From Hydrurus foetidus (taxonomy: Eukaryota): a stretch of 64,000 nucleotides of DNA. This document shows positions 12,013-26,023 of the stretch, piece after piece. The translations under genes were made by a program, and so were the position numbers. The notes under the pieces are model-generated. The model did not search any database. It had not been told where the DNA came from and was given only the letters and a program-made list of their open reading frames with translations. Where the stretch lies: assembly GCA_900617105.1 (NCBI GenBank), contig UYFQ01000046.1:1-64000 (forward strand), read 5' to 3'. Positions within the stretch are counted from its first letter, which is position 1; each line of letters begins with the position of its first letter.

Positions 12013-13714
12013 ATGACGCCCTCTTCGATTTTCATCTATGGCTTTTGTCTCGTCCTTGTGATCGCGTTGCCAGGTGTGGAGAACGCAGAATGCAACTCTC
12101 TGATTCTTCAATGCTTCATCTCGCTAATATTCTGCGGATATAATTAATCATGCAGTATTGTTCTCCGCAACTTCCGATGCGATTCCCCACATTGAAGTAG
12201 ATTCCACGGATGGTAGGATTCCGAAACAAGAAAGTTCAGACAGTTACTCAATAAGTCTGTTTCTTGCTGGTAACAATCAATATCAAGCACAACTGGTTCC
12301 ATATCCGCGCGGTCAATTCTCGAAGAACGGACAGCGACCATGCACTGAATGTCCTCTTGGGACATATCAGTCAGGGCTTGGTCAAAAAAAATGCGTCCCA
12401 TGCTCACCAGGATATCATCAAGACCAAAGAGGTCAGACCTCATGCAAACCTTGTACAAGTGGTAGTGCTGCTCCAAATTCTGGACAGTTCCGGTGTACGC
12501 CCTGTAAAAGAGGTGAATTTCAGAGGAAGACAGGCCAGAAGAGGTGCGAAAAATGTCCACCAGGATCTTATGGTCCTACTTTTGGCCTCCCTGCGTGTCG
12601 GCCTTGTTTTTCCGGGTCATACACTGCATGGGAAGGAAACTCTAGAAGCTCCCAATGTCGCCCTGGTGAATATCAGTCGATGCAGGGCCAGACCAGATGC
12701 TTCAAATGCCATAAGGGGTGGTACTCCAACATAGAGGGCGCACACTTTTGCAAAAAATGTGACTGTGGCACATACGCTGAATTGCCAGGTACTTTTAAAT
12801 GCACTCCATGTGGGAGAGGAGACTTTCAGCCGAAAATGGGCCAGCCCGAGTGCATCAGATGTTTTCCAGGAACGTATGCTGATCAGCTACAATCGTGTGA
12901 CTGCAAACTGTGCCCCTGTGGTACCTACAATGATGGATTTGGCTACATAGGATGCAAATTATGCGAAAAGGGACAAGAGCAACCCTTTGATGGCCAGACC
13001 AAGTGCGAGTCGTGCAAGGCCGGAACATACGCCGAGTATGAAGGCTCGTGCGCATGCAGTTCCCCATCACCATCAATTTCTCCTACCCGGTCGACATCAG
13101 CTGCGCCTGCCACGTCACCATCAATTTCTCCTACCTCATCACCATCAGCTGCACCTACGCCGTCACCATCAGCTGCGCCTACCTCGTCACCATCAATTTC
13201 TCCTACCTCATCACCATCAGCTGCACCTACGCCGTCACCATCAGCTGCGCCTACCTCGTCACCATCAGCGACTCCTACTTTGTCACCATCAACCTCTTCC
13301 ATCGTTGAGCCAGCATCTGCACCTTCCTCGTCACCATCAGCTGCGCCTACCTCGTCACCATCAATTTCTCCTACCTCATCACCATCAGCTGCACCTACGC
13401 CGTCACCATCAGCTGCGCCTACCTCGTCACCATCAGCGACTCCTACTTTGTCACCATCAACCTCTTCCATCGTTGAGCCAGCATCTGCACCTTCCTCGTC
13501 ACCATCAGCTGCACCTACGTCGTCACCATCAGCGACTCCTACGCCGTCACCATCAGCTGCGCATACCTCGCCGCCATCAGCTGCACCTACCTCGTCACCA
13601 TCAGCACCCACGATGCCATCACCTACGTTTGCACCCAGGCCGTCTCCGTCACTCATGCCTGGGACAGGACCGCATAATGAAAATACTACAGAACAAGCAG
13701 TAACGATGATGTAA
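12013..13714 (+). CDS. Secreted Cys-rich protein (GCC2/GCC3, ephrin-receptor-like CxxC..G.Y repeats) with a Ser/Pro/Thr mucin-like tail
   Basis: Signal exon 12013-12073 (MTPSSIFIYGFCLVLVIALP) splices in frame to 12156. About 14 repeats of 17 aa (C..C..G.YQ...GQ..C) are followed by SPSAAPT repeats. Confidence 0.85.
13060..13625 (+). repeat. Coding 24-bp minisatellite (TCACCATCAGCTGCACCTAC..) with a higher-order duplication of about 180 bp
   Basis: Encodes 8-aa SPSAAPT[S/P] units. The SSIVEPASAP block occurs twice. Confidence 0.9.
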
Positions 13715-14137
13715 ATCGAGCCACGTGCTCCATACTTCCGATGGTCTCCGAACAAGACCAGACCGTTGTCCTTCTTATCCTATCCTACCATTCTGATGTA
13801 CGAAGTTCCTTCATCCCTTATATTTCCACCAGCAGCACTTCCTTCAAGAGTCCCTCAACGAACGTCTTCACCGAATCAGCCAATTTGATAAGATAAGATA
13901 TCACATAACAGCATAGTTACAATCACTTAATCACTGCCGTGCATTTAAGTTACACAATGTTAGGCAGCGGTAGTCAGCCTTTAGCTCTGCTGCCGCCGGA
14001 GGATGCTTGTCTACTCATGCTCTCTCGCCAGATCTAGCTATAGTGATCGCATACCGCACTGCAGATTATATCACGTAATGCCATTCACTCCATATTCTTC
14101 TTCGGCTGATGCCAATAATTATATTTACAGTACACGT

Positions 14138-14183
14138 TACATACTTTCCATTAAGAGAGAACTCGCGGCTCACCATACACATG

Positions 14184-14228
<45 letters not shown>

Positions 14229-14442
14229 GTAGTTCAAGCTGATGCTGATCACTACTATTACACTTCGTAATCCATACATACTTTCCATCAAGAGAGAGCT
14301 CACCACACACACACACACACATGTAGCTCAGGCTGATGCTGATCACTATTATTACACTTCGTAATCCATACATACTTTCCATCAAGAGAGAACTCACCAC
14401 ACACACACAAACATGTTATTCAAACTGATGCTGATCACTACT
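14138..14442. repeat. Three degenerate tandem units, each containing a variable (CA)n microsatellite
   Basis: CATACTTTCCATCAAGAGAG..(CA)n..CTGATGCTGATCACTA occurs near 14140, 14277 and 14371. Confidence 0.8.
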
Positions 14443-16389
14443 TCTACATCTCGTGTCCCACACAATATTTGTTGCACGCCGTCATCTATACTTTCTGATT
14501 TGACACCAGCGCATGCCATGCCACGCAGCATTACTCTAGAGAATTCCCTCGACTTCACGGTCCAATCCGACACTGCACTACACCATGCATGAATTGTATG
14601 CATCTGGTATAATCTAGATTTCGCAAATTCTCTAATGTCAATAAATTAAGTAATTTAATTAGCACAAAAAACAGCAACTTCTTCATTTTCTTCTACGATG
14701 GTTGGGTCTGTAGCCTGGCGGGATTTCATCCACACGTTGCATCATCCTAACAACTGTATGTGCAGCCATCGTCAGACTGCGCTCTCGTCACCTTCACTAC
14801 ACACGTAGGCAACTAGCATTCCACCTACTCCTGTTTTTTCTGCTCTTCCTCCGGACAGGCGTGTCCTCCTCCTCTCACTACCCACCCTGTGGATCATACT
14901 TCTCTCTCAAGCTTCTGCACCCTCTGCTGGCCAGCTCATTCTCAACGACGAGGTCTCTAATTATCGGTGGAGTAGCAGACAATTGACATCAAACCACAGA
15001 ACGTCCCCTCGATGACAAGCAATCCACCTTGCCTTGTCAAACAAATACAATCGTTTAGTGCTCTTCAAACACTTTCAGATCTCAGTTCTCATTTAGTTTG
15101 CAGAATCTGACATGTGATGAATTCGTCGCATCATTTCTACAGCTGTATCGACAAAAAAAAATTGAAGAACTTTGATAGTCTCGAACCTAAATGGGCAGAA
15201 AAAGTGAAGTTTTGAATAACTGTACGGGAGAAAAACTGCAACTGTACCGGAACTGACATAATGTATACATTATAATTAAATAGTGCACTACTGTAATAGT
15301 GCATTGATGTCGTCTCGAGACTGAGTGATATTCGATTGAAAGGAGTCTTTATCACCGATGCAGCACAGAAAATCGATAGAGGAAATGAAATCCAAGTGCC
15401 GACAGAAAGTGTTGTAGCTTGTGATAAAGTGAAGCTGTTCTCAGTATCACGGCTTATCACCCGGACCCGACACGTGCCAGACGAGCGCATAACGGACTAC
15501 GGTACATTCCTCTGTACCATGTTCATGAACATCTTTTATTTCCGTTCCTTCGCACAAACATCTCGATCATCGCTCTACTCGACCCTGCTATTCGTTCACA
15601 TAATTTACAAGTTGTAACCTTTCGGCTATTTTGTTTCCTCCCTTCGCCTTCTAGACTTTGGGTCGGATTCCCTGACAGCTGCTTACAGTCGTATTATAGT
15701 AAAGCTCTCGGCAATTTTACTTCCACCCCAGCAATTCCAGACCTAATCCTTGACCTTCCTCCAAACAACTATGCAACTTTGTCCCGGGCGTACAAACAAC
15801 TATGCATTACAAAGTTTGGGGTTGCTGGGCAGCAATCCTTTGGGATTGCGTTATCCCCCCCGTACTCATACCCTTCGTCACCGCGCCGACCAGAAATACT
15901 CAAGAAACTAACGCCATCGGAGCTGTCATTTCTGATCAATACGTCTACCCTCGACGAGCTTAGGAAATCTCGCATTTCTATTCATTCTTTTCTGGAGTAA
16001 GGATATTTCTGTCCCAACATCTCAAACTCTGCCGATTCAAGTTGGGGAGCGCGCGCATTACTGGCTAAGATTTCGTTAATTATGGGGAAAAAAAAGAGTT
16101 CTTCAAATGAGTTTCTAAATTAATAAGGTGCGCTACAATACAATACCATTTGACATTACCTAGTTTTATTCAATTTAATTTAATTTCGCTTTTAATTTAA
16201 TACAGAGAGAAGTCGTTGCAGAGGACTGGGTTTGCATTGCATCATACTGTCACAACAACGCGCATCACATCACATCACAGGGGCTGCATGAGATGGCGCG
16301 GATTCTATGAGGGGGAAAGAGATTGTAAGCGATAGTTGTATCATTCACCACGTGATTAGTATGATATTCAAACGTTGGCGGTAAATCGC

Positions 16390-16700
16390 AGGAAAGTATT
16401 TATGGTAAGGTGCATTAAGTGACGGGGAAATCGTGTATGTATGGAGAGTATCGAAGGAAAGTATTCATGGCAAAGTCAGGTAAAGTAAGCGACGAGGAAA
16501 TCGTGTGTGTATGGAGAATTTCGAAGGAAAGTATTCACGGTAAGGCAAGGTAAGGTAAAGTAAGCGACGAGGAAATCGTGCGTGTGTGGAGAATATTGAA
16601 GGAAAGGATTGGCAGAAAATCGAAATAAAGTGCTCATGGCATAGTGCGGTAAGTTACGTGGAACTCGTGTGTATGGGAAGTATCGATAGAAAGTATTGAA
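16390..16700. repeat. Degenerate tandem repeat of about 60-70 bp, about 5 copies
   Basis: Recurrent GGAAAGTATT..GGTAAG..GGAAATCGTGTGTGTATGGAGA..TCGAA. Confidence 0.65.
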
Positions 16701-16785
16701 GGACGAGTAGACTAGGAGACGAGGGAGGAATCGTGCGTGTGGAGTCGCAAAGAAATGAGAGTATTGAGGGACCAGGCTGTTGGAC

Positions 16786-19700
16786 TTACGATGTCCGGCT
16801 TACGTCGATAAAGATACAGCCTGATTGGTTCACATTGACAACGGATCCAGCGGGACAGGCTTTGCATGTAGCTCCGTAACCTCCAGTAGAGTACGTGCGG
16901 CGAGGACACTTGTCACAGGGGTATTTATAATTGCCGTCCTTCTTTTTGCCGTAGTGCCCCGCTTTGCATGTCAGCGATCCCGGATTTCGCACTTACTCTG
17001 GTCTTCTGTAGATCTTTCGCCTTTGGGACACTTGGAACACAGAGTTTGGGTCGCAGCGTAGGTGCTGGTGTTGGCTGCACTGTTGGCGCTGGTGTCTGCC
17101 GTACACATTCAGTCCGCTTCGCATTTGTGTACCCTCCAGGGCATTCCTTACACTTTGTTGTGAATTCTTGAGAGATTGTACCGGGTGGACATTTCAAGCA
17201 CCCTACGCTCTCGATAAGAGAATCATAATATCCTGGAGCGCAGTCGTAATGTGTAGGCGGATAGAACGTTGGCTGAAGTGTTGGCGCTGGTGTCAGCAGT
17301 GCAACGCACCCTGACTGGTCCTCATTCGGCACGGAGCCAGCACTGCATATATCGCATTCCATGGTGTTCTTGTCGTCGGCAGAGCGGTACGTGCCAGTCG
17401 GACACTTCTCGCATGGATAGTTCCAAGTGCCCGGTATTTTTCCACCGAAATATCCAGCCTTGCATATCAGCGGTCCGTACGGCTCGCAACCTGACCCATA
17501 CTCAGTGCGTCTGTACATGGGAGGACAATCTGTGCAGTTTGCGGCACCACCGAGTGAGTACGATCTATCTGGACATGACCGGCAAGTGCCTGTGTATATG
17601 TCGGGATATTGACCGGGTCCGCAATAGAAAGGCACCACTGGCCCTGGAGGTAATGTGGGTTGCGGCGTGGGCGCCGGTGTCGGTGCTGGTGTGGTTTCAT
17701 CTGGTCCTGACACGCATTCAGTCCGCTTCGCATTTGTGTACCCTCCAGGGCATTCCTTACACTTCGTTGTGAAACCTTGAGATACTGTACCGGGTGGACA
17801 TTTCAAGCACCCTACGCTCTCAATAAGAGAATCATAATATCCTGGAGCGCAGTCGTAATGTATAGGCGGATACGTTGGCTGAAGTGTTGGCGCTGGTGTC
17901 AGCAGTGCAACGCACCCTGACTGGTCCTCATTCGGCACGGAGCCAGCACTGCATGTATCGCATTTATAAGTGTTTCGATAGTCAGCAGAGCGGTACGTGC
18001 CAGTCGGACACTTCTCGCATGGATAGTTCCAAGTGCCCGGCTGACCTGGATCGTAGTACCCTGCTTTACATTTCAGTGGTCCATAGTCCTCGCAACTGGT
18101 TTGATTTTCAGTAGGTCTGTAAAACTGTCGACAGCTTGAACACACCGCGACACCACCAGGTGAGTACAATCCACGCGGACACGCAACACAAAAGCCTGTG
18201 CCTACTTCGGGATATTCTCCAGGCCCGCACGACCTCGAAGGAGCGTATGTGGGTTGCCGTGCTGGCTGCACTGATGGCGCCATTGTATTAAAGACACACC
18301 CTATCCCCTCCTCGATATGGGTATTCTCAATCGGACACCGAACGCACTGATGATTTCCATATGGATCGGGAGAGTACTCGCCACTCGGACATTTCTCACA
18401 CGGGTACTTGTAGTAGTAGCCCGTATCCGAGTTGCCGTACTGCCGACCAAAGTACCCTGGCTTGCATGTGAGAGGCGTAGACGACTTCTCGCACTTGCTT
18501 CGGTCTTCCGTAGGTCTCTCATCGGAAGCACAAGCAACGCACACTTGGAGACCGCCTGGTGACGCCAAGTCAGGTGGACATGGCACGCAAGTTATTCCGA
18601 CTGCTGGGCCGTACTTAGGATATGTCCCGGGTCCGCACCATAGTGGTTGTGTTGGAGCGTATGTGGGTTTCGGTGTTGGCGATGGTGTTTGCTTTATCAC
18701 GCACTTTGATTCATTCTCATTAGGTACGTAGCCACCATTGCATTTTTTGCACCCTGACTGGTCCGCATTAGGCACGTGGCCATCACCGCATCGATAACAT
18801 TCCCGAGTGCTCAAGTCGGTGGCGGAGCGGTACGAGCCAGGCAAACACTTGACGCACGGATACTTCCAACTGCCCGGCCAACCTGGACCATAGTACCCTG
18901 CCTTGCATTTCAGTTGTCCAAACTCCTCACAACTGGTTCGATCTTCAGTAGGTCTGTAACCGAGTCGGCAACCTGTACACTCGAATAGACCACCAGGTGC
19001 CGGAGATCCGATAGGGCATGGCATGCAATAGCCTGCGAGTATCTCGAAATATGTTCCGGGTCTGCAAGATAAAGGCACTGGAGGTGATGTGGGTTGCAAT
19101 GTCGGTTGCACTGATGGCGCCATTGTATTAAAGACACACCCTATCCCCTCCTCGATATGGGTATTCTCAATCGGACACCAAACGCACTGATGATTTCCAT
19201 ATGGATCGGGAGAGTACTGGCCACTCGGACATTTCTCACACGGGTACTTGTAGTAGTAGCCCGTATCCGAGTTGCCGTACTGCCGTCCGGAGTACCCTGG
19301 CTTGCATGTGAGAGGCGTAGACGACTTCTCGCACTTGCTCTGGTCTTCAGTAGGTCTCTCATCGGAAGCACAAGCAACGCACACTCCGAGACCGCCTGGT
19401 GACGCCAAGTCAGGTGGACATGGCACACAACTCCATCCAACTGCTGAGCCGTACTTTGGATATGTCCCGGGTCCGCACCATAGTGGTTGTGTTGGAGCGT
19501 ATGTGGGTTTCGGTGTTGGCGATGGTGTTTGCTTTATCACGCATTCTGACTCATTCTCATTAGGTACGTAGCCACCATTGCATTTTTTGCACCCTGACTG
19601 GTCCGCATTAGGCACGTGGCCATCACCACATCGATAACATTCCCGAGTGCTCAAGTCGGTGGCGGAGCGGTACGAGCCAGGCAAACACTTGACGCACGGA

Positions 19701-22700
19701 TACTTCCAACTGCCCGGCCAACCTGGACCATAGTACCCTGCCTTGCATTTCAGTTGTCCAAACTCCTCACAACTGGTTTGATCTTCAGTAGGTCTGTAAC
19801 CGAGTCGGCAACCTGTACACTCGAATAGACCACCAGGTGCCGGAGATCCGATAGGGCATGGCATGCAATAGCCTGCGAGTATCTCGAAATATGTTCCGGG
19901 TCTGCAAGATAAAGGCACTGGAGGTGATGTGGGTTGCAATGTCGGTTGCACTGATGGCGCCATTGTATTAAAGACACACCCTATCCCCTCCTCGATATGG
20001 GTATTCTCAATCGGGCACCAAACGCACTGATGATTTCCATATGGATCGGGAGAGTACTGGCCACTCGGACATTTCTCACACGGGTACTTGTAGTAGTAGC
20101 CCGTATCCGAGTTGCCGTACTGCCGTCCGAAGTACCCTGGCTTGCATGTGAGAGGCGTAGACGACTTCTCGCACTTGCTTCGGTCTTCAGTAGGTCTCTC
20201 ATCGGAAGCACAAGCAACGCACACTTGGAGACCGCCTGGTGACGCCAAGTCAGGTGGACATGGCACGCAAGTTGGTTCGACTGCTGGGCCGTACTTTGGA
20301 TATGTCCCGGGTCCGCACCATAGTGGTTGTGTTGGAGCGTATGTGGGTTTCGGTGTTGGCGATGGTGTTTGCTTTATCACGCATTCTGACTCATTCTCAT
20401 TAGGCACGTAGCCACCATCGCATTTTTTGCACCCTGACTGGTCCGCATTAGGCACGTGGCCATCACCACATCGATAACATTCCCGAGTGCTCAAGTCGGT
20501 GGCGGAGCGGTACGAGCCAGGCAAACACTTGACGCACGGATACTTCCAAATGCCCGGCCAACCTGGACTATAGTACCCTGCCTTGCATTTCAGTTGTCCA
20601 AACTCCTCACAACTGGTTTGATCTTCAGTAGGTCTGTAACCGAGTCGGCAACCTGTACACTCGAATAGACCACCAGGTGCCGGAGATCCGATAGGGCATT
20701 GTATGCAAGTGCCTGTGAGTATCTCGAAATATGTTCCGTATCTGCAAGATAAAGGCACTGGAGGTGATGTGGGTTGCAATGTCGGTTGCACTGATGGCGC
20801 CATTGTATTAAAGACACACCCTATCCCCTCCTCGATATGGGTATTCTCAATCGGACACCAAACGCACTGATGATTTCCATATGGATCGGGAGAGTACTGG
20901 CCATCCGGACATTTCTCACACGGGTACTTGTAGTAGTAGCCCGTATCCGAGTTGCCGTACTGCCGTCCGGAGTACCCTGGCTTGCATGTGAGAGGTGTAG
21001 ACGACTTCTCGCACTTGCTTCGGTCTTCCGTAGGTCTCTCATCGGAAGCACAAGCAACGCACACTTGGAGACCGCCTGGTGACGCCAAGTCAGGTGGACA
21101 TGGCACGCAAGTTATTCCGACTGCTGGGCCGTACTTAGGATATGTCCCGGGTCTGCACCATAGTGGTTGTGTTGGAGCGTATGTGGGTTTCGGTGTTGGC
21201 GATGGTGTTTGCTTTATCACGCATTCTGACTCATTCTCATTAGGCACGTAGCCACCATTGCATTTTTTGCACTCTGACTGGTCCGCATTAGGCACGTAAC
21301 CATCACCGCATCGATAACATTGTTGAGTGTTCGATTCGGTGTCAGAGCGGTACGAGCCAGGCAAACACTTGACGCACGGATACTTCCAAATGCCCGGCCG
21401 ACCTGGACCATAGTACCCTGCTTTGCATTTCAGTTGTCCATACTCCTCACACCCAGTTCGAGCTTCATTGGCTCTGAACATGGCAGGACAACCTGTGCAC
21501 TCTGCTAGACCACCAGGTGACTGCAATCCGATAGGGCATGGCAAGCAAAGGCTTGTGAGTATGTTGAAAGATGTTCCGGGTATGCAAGAGAAAAGCAGAC
21601 GAGTGGGTTGCAATGTCGGTTGCACTGATGGCGCCATTGTATTAAAGACACACCCTATCCCCTCCTCGATATGGGTATTCTCAATCGGACACCGAACGCA
21701 CTGATGATTTCCATATGGATCAGGAGAGTACTCGCCACTCGGACATTTCTCACACGGGTACTTGTAGTAGTAGCCCGTATCCGAGTTGCCGTACTGCCGA
21801 CCGAAGTACCCTGGCTTGCATGTGAGAGGTGTAGACGACTTCTCGCACTTGCTTCGGTCTTCCGTAGGTCTCTCATCGGAAGCACAAGCAACGCACACTC
21901 CGAGACCGCCTGGTGACGCCAAGTCAGGCGGACATGGCACACAACTCCATCCAACTGCTGAGTCGTACTTAGGATATGTCCCGGGTCCGCACCCTGGCGA
22001 GGGAGCGTATGTGGGTTTCGGTGTCGGCTGCTCTGATGGCGCCATTGTGTTGAAGAAACACCCTATCCCCTCCTCGATATGGGTATTCTCAATCGGGCAC
22101 CGAATGCACTGATGAATTCCATAAGGATCGGGAGAGTACTCGCCACTCGGACATTTCTCACACGGGTACTTGTAGTAGTAGCCCGTATCCGAGTTGCCGT
22201 ACTGCCGACCGAAGTACCCTGGCTTGCATGTGAGAGGCGTAGACGACTTCTCGCACTTGCTCTGGTCTTCAGTAGGTCTCTCATCGGAAGCACAAGCAAC
22301 GCACACTCCGAGACCGCCTGGTGACGCCAAGTCAGGTGGACATGGCACACAACTCCATCCAACTGCTGAGTCGTACTTAGGATATGTCCCGGGTCCGCAC
22401 CCTGGCGAGGGAGCGTATGTGGGTTTCGGTGTCGGCTGCTCTGATGGCGCCATTGTGTTGAAGAAACACCCTATCCCCTCCTCGATATGGGTATTCTCAA
22501 TCGGGCACCGAATGCACTGATGAATTCCATAAGGATCGGGAGAGTACTCGCCACTCGGACATTTCTCACACGGGTACTTGTAGTAGTAGCCCGTATCCGA
22601 GTTGCCGTACTGCCGACCGAAGTACCCTGGCTTGCATGTGAGAGGCGTAGACGACTTCTCGCACTTGCTCTGGTCTTCAGTAGGTCTTTCATCGGAAGCA

Positions 22701-25354
22701 CAAGCAACGCACACTCCGAGACCGCCTGGTGACGCCAAGTCAGGTGGACATGGCACACAACTCCATCCAACTGCTGAGTCGTACTTAGGATATGTCCCGG
22801 GTCCGCACCCTGGCGAGGGAGCGTATGTGGGTTTCGGTGTCGGCTGCTCTGATGGCGCCATTGTATTGAAGAAACACCCTATCCCCTCCTCGATATGGGT
22901 ATTCTCAATCGGGCACCGAATGCACTGATGAATTCCATAAGGATCGGGAGAGTACTCGCCACTCGGACATTTCTCACACGGGTACTTGTAGTAGTAGCCC
23001 GTATCCGAGTTGCCGTACTGCCGACCGAAGTACCCTGGCTTGCATGTGAGAGGCGTAGACGACTTCTCGCACTTGCTTCGGTCTTCAGTAGGTCTCTCAT
23101 CGGAAGCACAAGCAACGCACACTCCGAGACCGCCTGGTGACGCCAAGTCAGGTGGACATGGCACACAACTCCATCCAACTGCTGAGTCGTACTTAGGATA
23201 TGTCCCGGGTCCGCACCCTGGCGAGGGAGCGTATGTGGGTTTCGGTGTCGGCTGCTCTGATGGCGCCATTGTATTAAAGACACACCCTATCCCCTCCTCG
23301 ATATGGGTATTCTCAATCGGGCACCGAACGCACTGATGAATTCCATAAGGATCGGGAGAGTACTCGCCACTCGGACATTTCTCACACGGGTACTTGTAGT
23401 AGTAGCCCGTATCCGAGTTGCCGTACTGCCGACCGAAGTACCCTGGCTTGCATGTGAGAGGCGTAGACGACTTCTCGCACTTGCTCTGGTCTTCAGTAGG
23501 TCTCTCATCGGAAGCACAAGCAACGCACACTTGGAGACCGCCTGGTGACGCCAAGTCAGGTGGACATGGCACGCAAGTTGGTCCGACTGCTGGGCCGTAC
23601 TTAGGATATGTCCCGGGTCCGCACCTAGTGGTTGTGTTGGAGCGTATGTGGGTTTCGTACTGCCGACCGATATGGGTATTCTCACCCTGACACCGAACGC
23701 ACGTGAATTCCATATGGATCGGGAGAGTACTCGCCACTCGGACATTTCTCACACGGGTACTTGTAGTAGTAGCCCGTATCCGAGTTGCCGTACTGCCGAC
23801 CGAAGTACCCTGGCTTGCATGTGAGAGGCGTAGACGACTTCTCGCACTTGCTCTGGTCTTCAGTAGGTCTCTCATCGGAAGCACAAGCAACGCACACTTG
23901 GAGACCGCCTGGTGACGCCAAGTCAGGTGGACATGGCACGCAAGTTGGTTCGACTGCTGGGCCGTACTTAGGATATGTCCCGGGTCCGCACCATAGTGGT
24001 TGTGTTGGAGCGTATGTGGGTTTCGGTGTTGGCGATGGTGTTTGCTTTATCACGCATTCTGACTCATTCTCATTAGGCACGTAGCCACCATTGCATTTTT
24101 TGCACCCTGACTGGTCCGCATTAGGCACGTGGCCATCACCGCATCGATAACATTGCCGAGTGCTCATGTCGGTGGCGGAGCGGTACGAGCCAGGCAAACA
24201 CTTGACGCACGGATACTTCCAACTGCCCGGCCGACCTGGACCATAGTACCCTGCTTTGCATTTCAGTTGTCCAAACTCCTCACAACTGGTTTGATCTTCA
24301 GTAGGTCTGTAACCGAGTCGACAACGTGTACACTTTGCTAGACCACCAGGTGACTGCAATCCGATAGGGCATGGCATGCAAGTGCCTGTGAGTGTGTTGG
24401 GATATGTTCCGGGTCTGCAAGATAAAGGCACTGGAGGTGATGTGGGTTGCGGTGTGGGTGCCGGTGTCGGTGCTGGTGTTTGCCGTATTCGCTTGCAGCC
24501 AGTTTGATTGGAGTTCACTGTCGACCCCGGCTCACAAGACAGACATTTCGATGCCTTTGGTCCTGAGTACTGACCTGGCGGGCACTTCACACAAGGTTGC
24601 GCAGGATTGGAGGAATAATATGACGGACGGCAGCTTTCACAGTTTTGAGATTTAGCAGGAGAGTATTGTCCGACAGAACAAGACCTGCAGACGTCAGATA
24701 ACGCATATGAGGCAGTGCCAGCGACGCAAGGCATGCACTCGTTGATACCACGGTCCGCATAGTATCCTGCTTCACACGCGATGCAGGCGCTCGCTCCCGC
24801 TTTCGAAACTTTGCCTCGACTGCACTTTGTACAGCCACTTGCAGAGTTTCTCGAATATTCTCCAGCGGGGCAATTATAACAAGACAAGTGGTCTTTTGTA
24901 ACTTGCCCCACGGGGCATGAGCTGCATTTTTTTGAACCAGCTAATGACCAGCTGCCATTAGGACATTCCACGCATTGGCTACCTCCATCTCGATAGTATC
25001 CAGCAGGGCACAATGTAGTGGACGCATCACCTGTTGTGGCGATGACATACAGGGCAAGGATTTCAATCGAAAGATGTGTGCGTTCAATTAGATTCTGTGA
25101 AGCTCACCAAAGTCTTGTAACAGGGAAACATCTGCCGCTCCAGTCCCATCGCCATGACGTAAATTCGTCACCGCACTACCCGCTAAGGCGATAACATCTT
25201 GCGCTCTTGTTCGACATACGATCGCCACTGACAAATGTTGGAGCAAGAAGTGAGCACTTGCGATGTCTCAACAAAATCAGATATCAGAGTGGTGCAAATC
25301 GGAAAAATTATCACCAGCGGACGCTGCCAGCACGGCGATGCCACGTATTTTCAT
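16786..25354 (-). CDS. Giant secreted Cys-rich repeat protein (about 2,800 aa; furin/GCC2-GCC3-like modules with PT linkers); frame breaks near 23620-23705 and 16965-17035
   Basis: Exons 25354-25315, 25227-25108 and 25030 onward give the signal peptide MKIRGIAVLAASAVAIVCRTRA in frame with ORF 25013-23682. The reading continues in ORFs 23890-16925 and 16992-16786. Confidence 0.8.
17070..24480 (-). repeat. Hierarchical intragenic tandem array with 408-bp, 840-bp and 606-bp units
   Basis: Equivalent positions at 21655/22063/22471/22879/23287 (408 bp), 18301/19141/19981/20821 (840 bp) and 17269/17875 (606 bp). Confidence 0.92.
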
Positions 25355-26023
25355 TTCAATTGAGTCTTCCTCTTAGTTTGAGCTCTGGCGTTTTTCCAAC
25401 ATTTCTTCTGCTGATGAAATGATGAGGTAGATGAATAATGCTCCTTGTGGTTGAGAATATCTCAACTTGAAATCCTATGATTGATAACTTTCGTTTTACT
25501 TCAACCCATTTGCGGTACCATTATAATCTGTGTTGATGAAATCAAATATTGAAATTTTGAGAAACGTAGTTTTCAGGTTCGTCATCGCACGTGAATTTTT
25601 TAAAATGGAATACCGTCAAGTGCCTCTTTAATTGTATTCCGGACCGGAATTCCACAACATATTTACTCAAAATGGATGATATCGATGCAGAACTACACTG
25701 GATTAGATCTCAGCGCAGAAGTGACCAAATCCATCAGCGAGTATCATTTCGTAATCGTGGTGCATTGAGGCTCCCCAAGGTATCAATTTTTTTCAATAAA
25801 GGCCTCAAAATTTATCAAAAGTCGGCTCAACAAAATCGTCGATCTCAAAATGTCTCCGACGTCCAGGTGCAATAACTTTCGAAATATCAGTTGCTTTTAC
25901 ATTCTATGCGCCATTTACTCTTTTCACTGACCTTTATCAACAGGATATCTTCGCTCGTTTCAACGTCGTGATCGGTGTATCCAGTAAAGTGCCTGTAGCT
26001 TTACTGTAGATTACAGCAGTAAA

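Noticed and set aside
12943..13755. Long antisense and alternative-frame ORFs (GAADGD and HHHQ repeats)
   Set aside because: Shadows of the 24-bp coding minisatellite in the plus-strand Cys-rich gene.
17269..24655. Dozens of 70-170 aa ORFs recurring every 408 or 840 bp; CRISPR-like periodicity
   Set aside because: Alternative frames of the coding tandem array. There are no short repeats with unique spacers and no cas genes.
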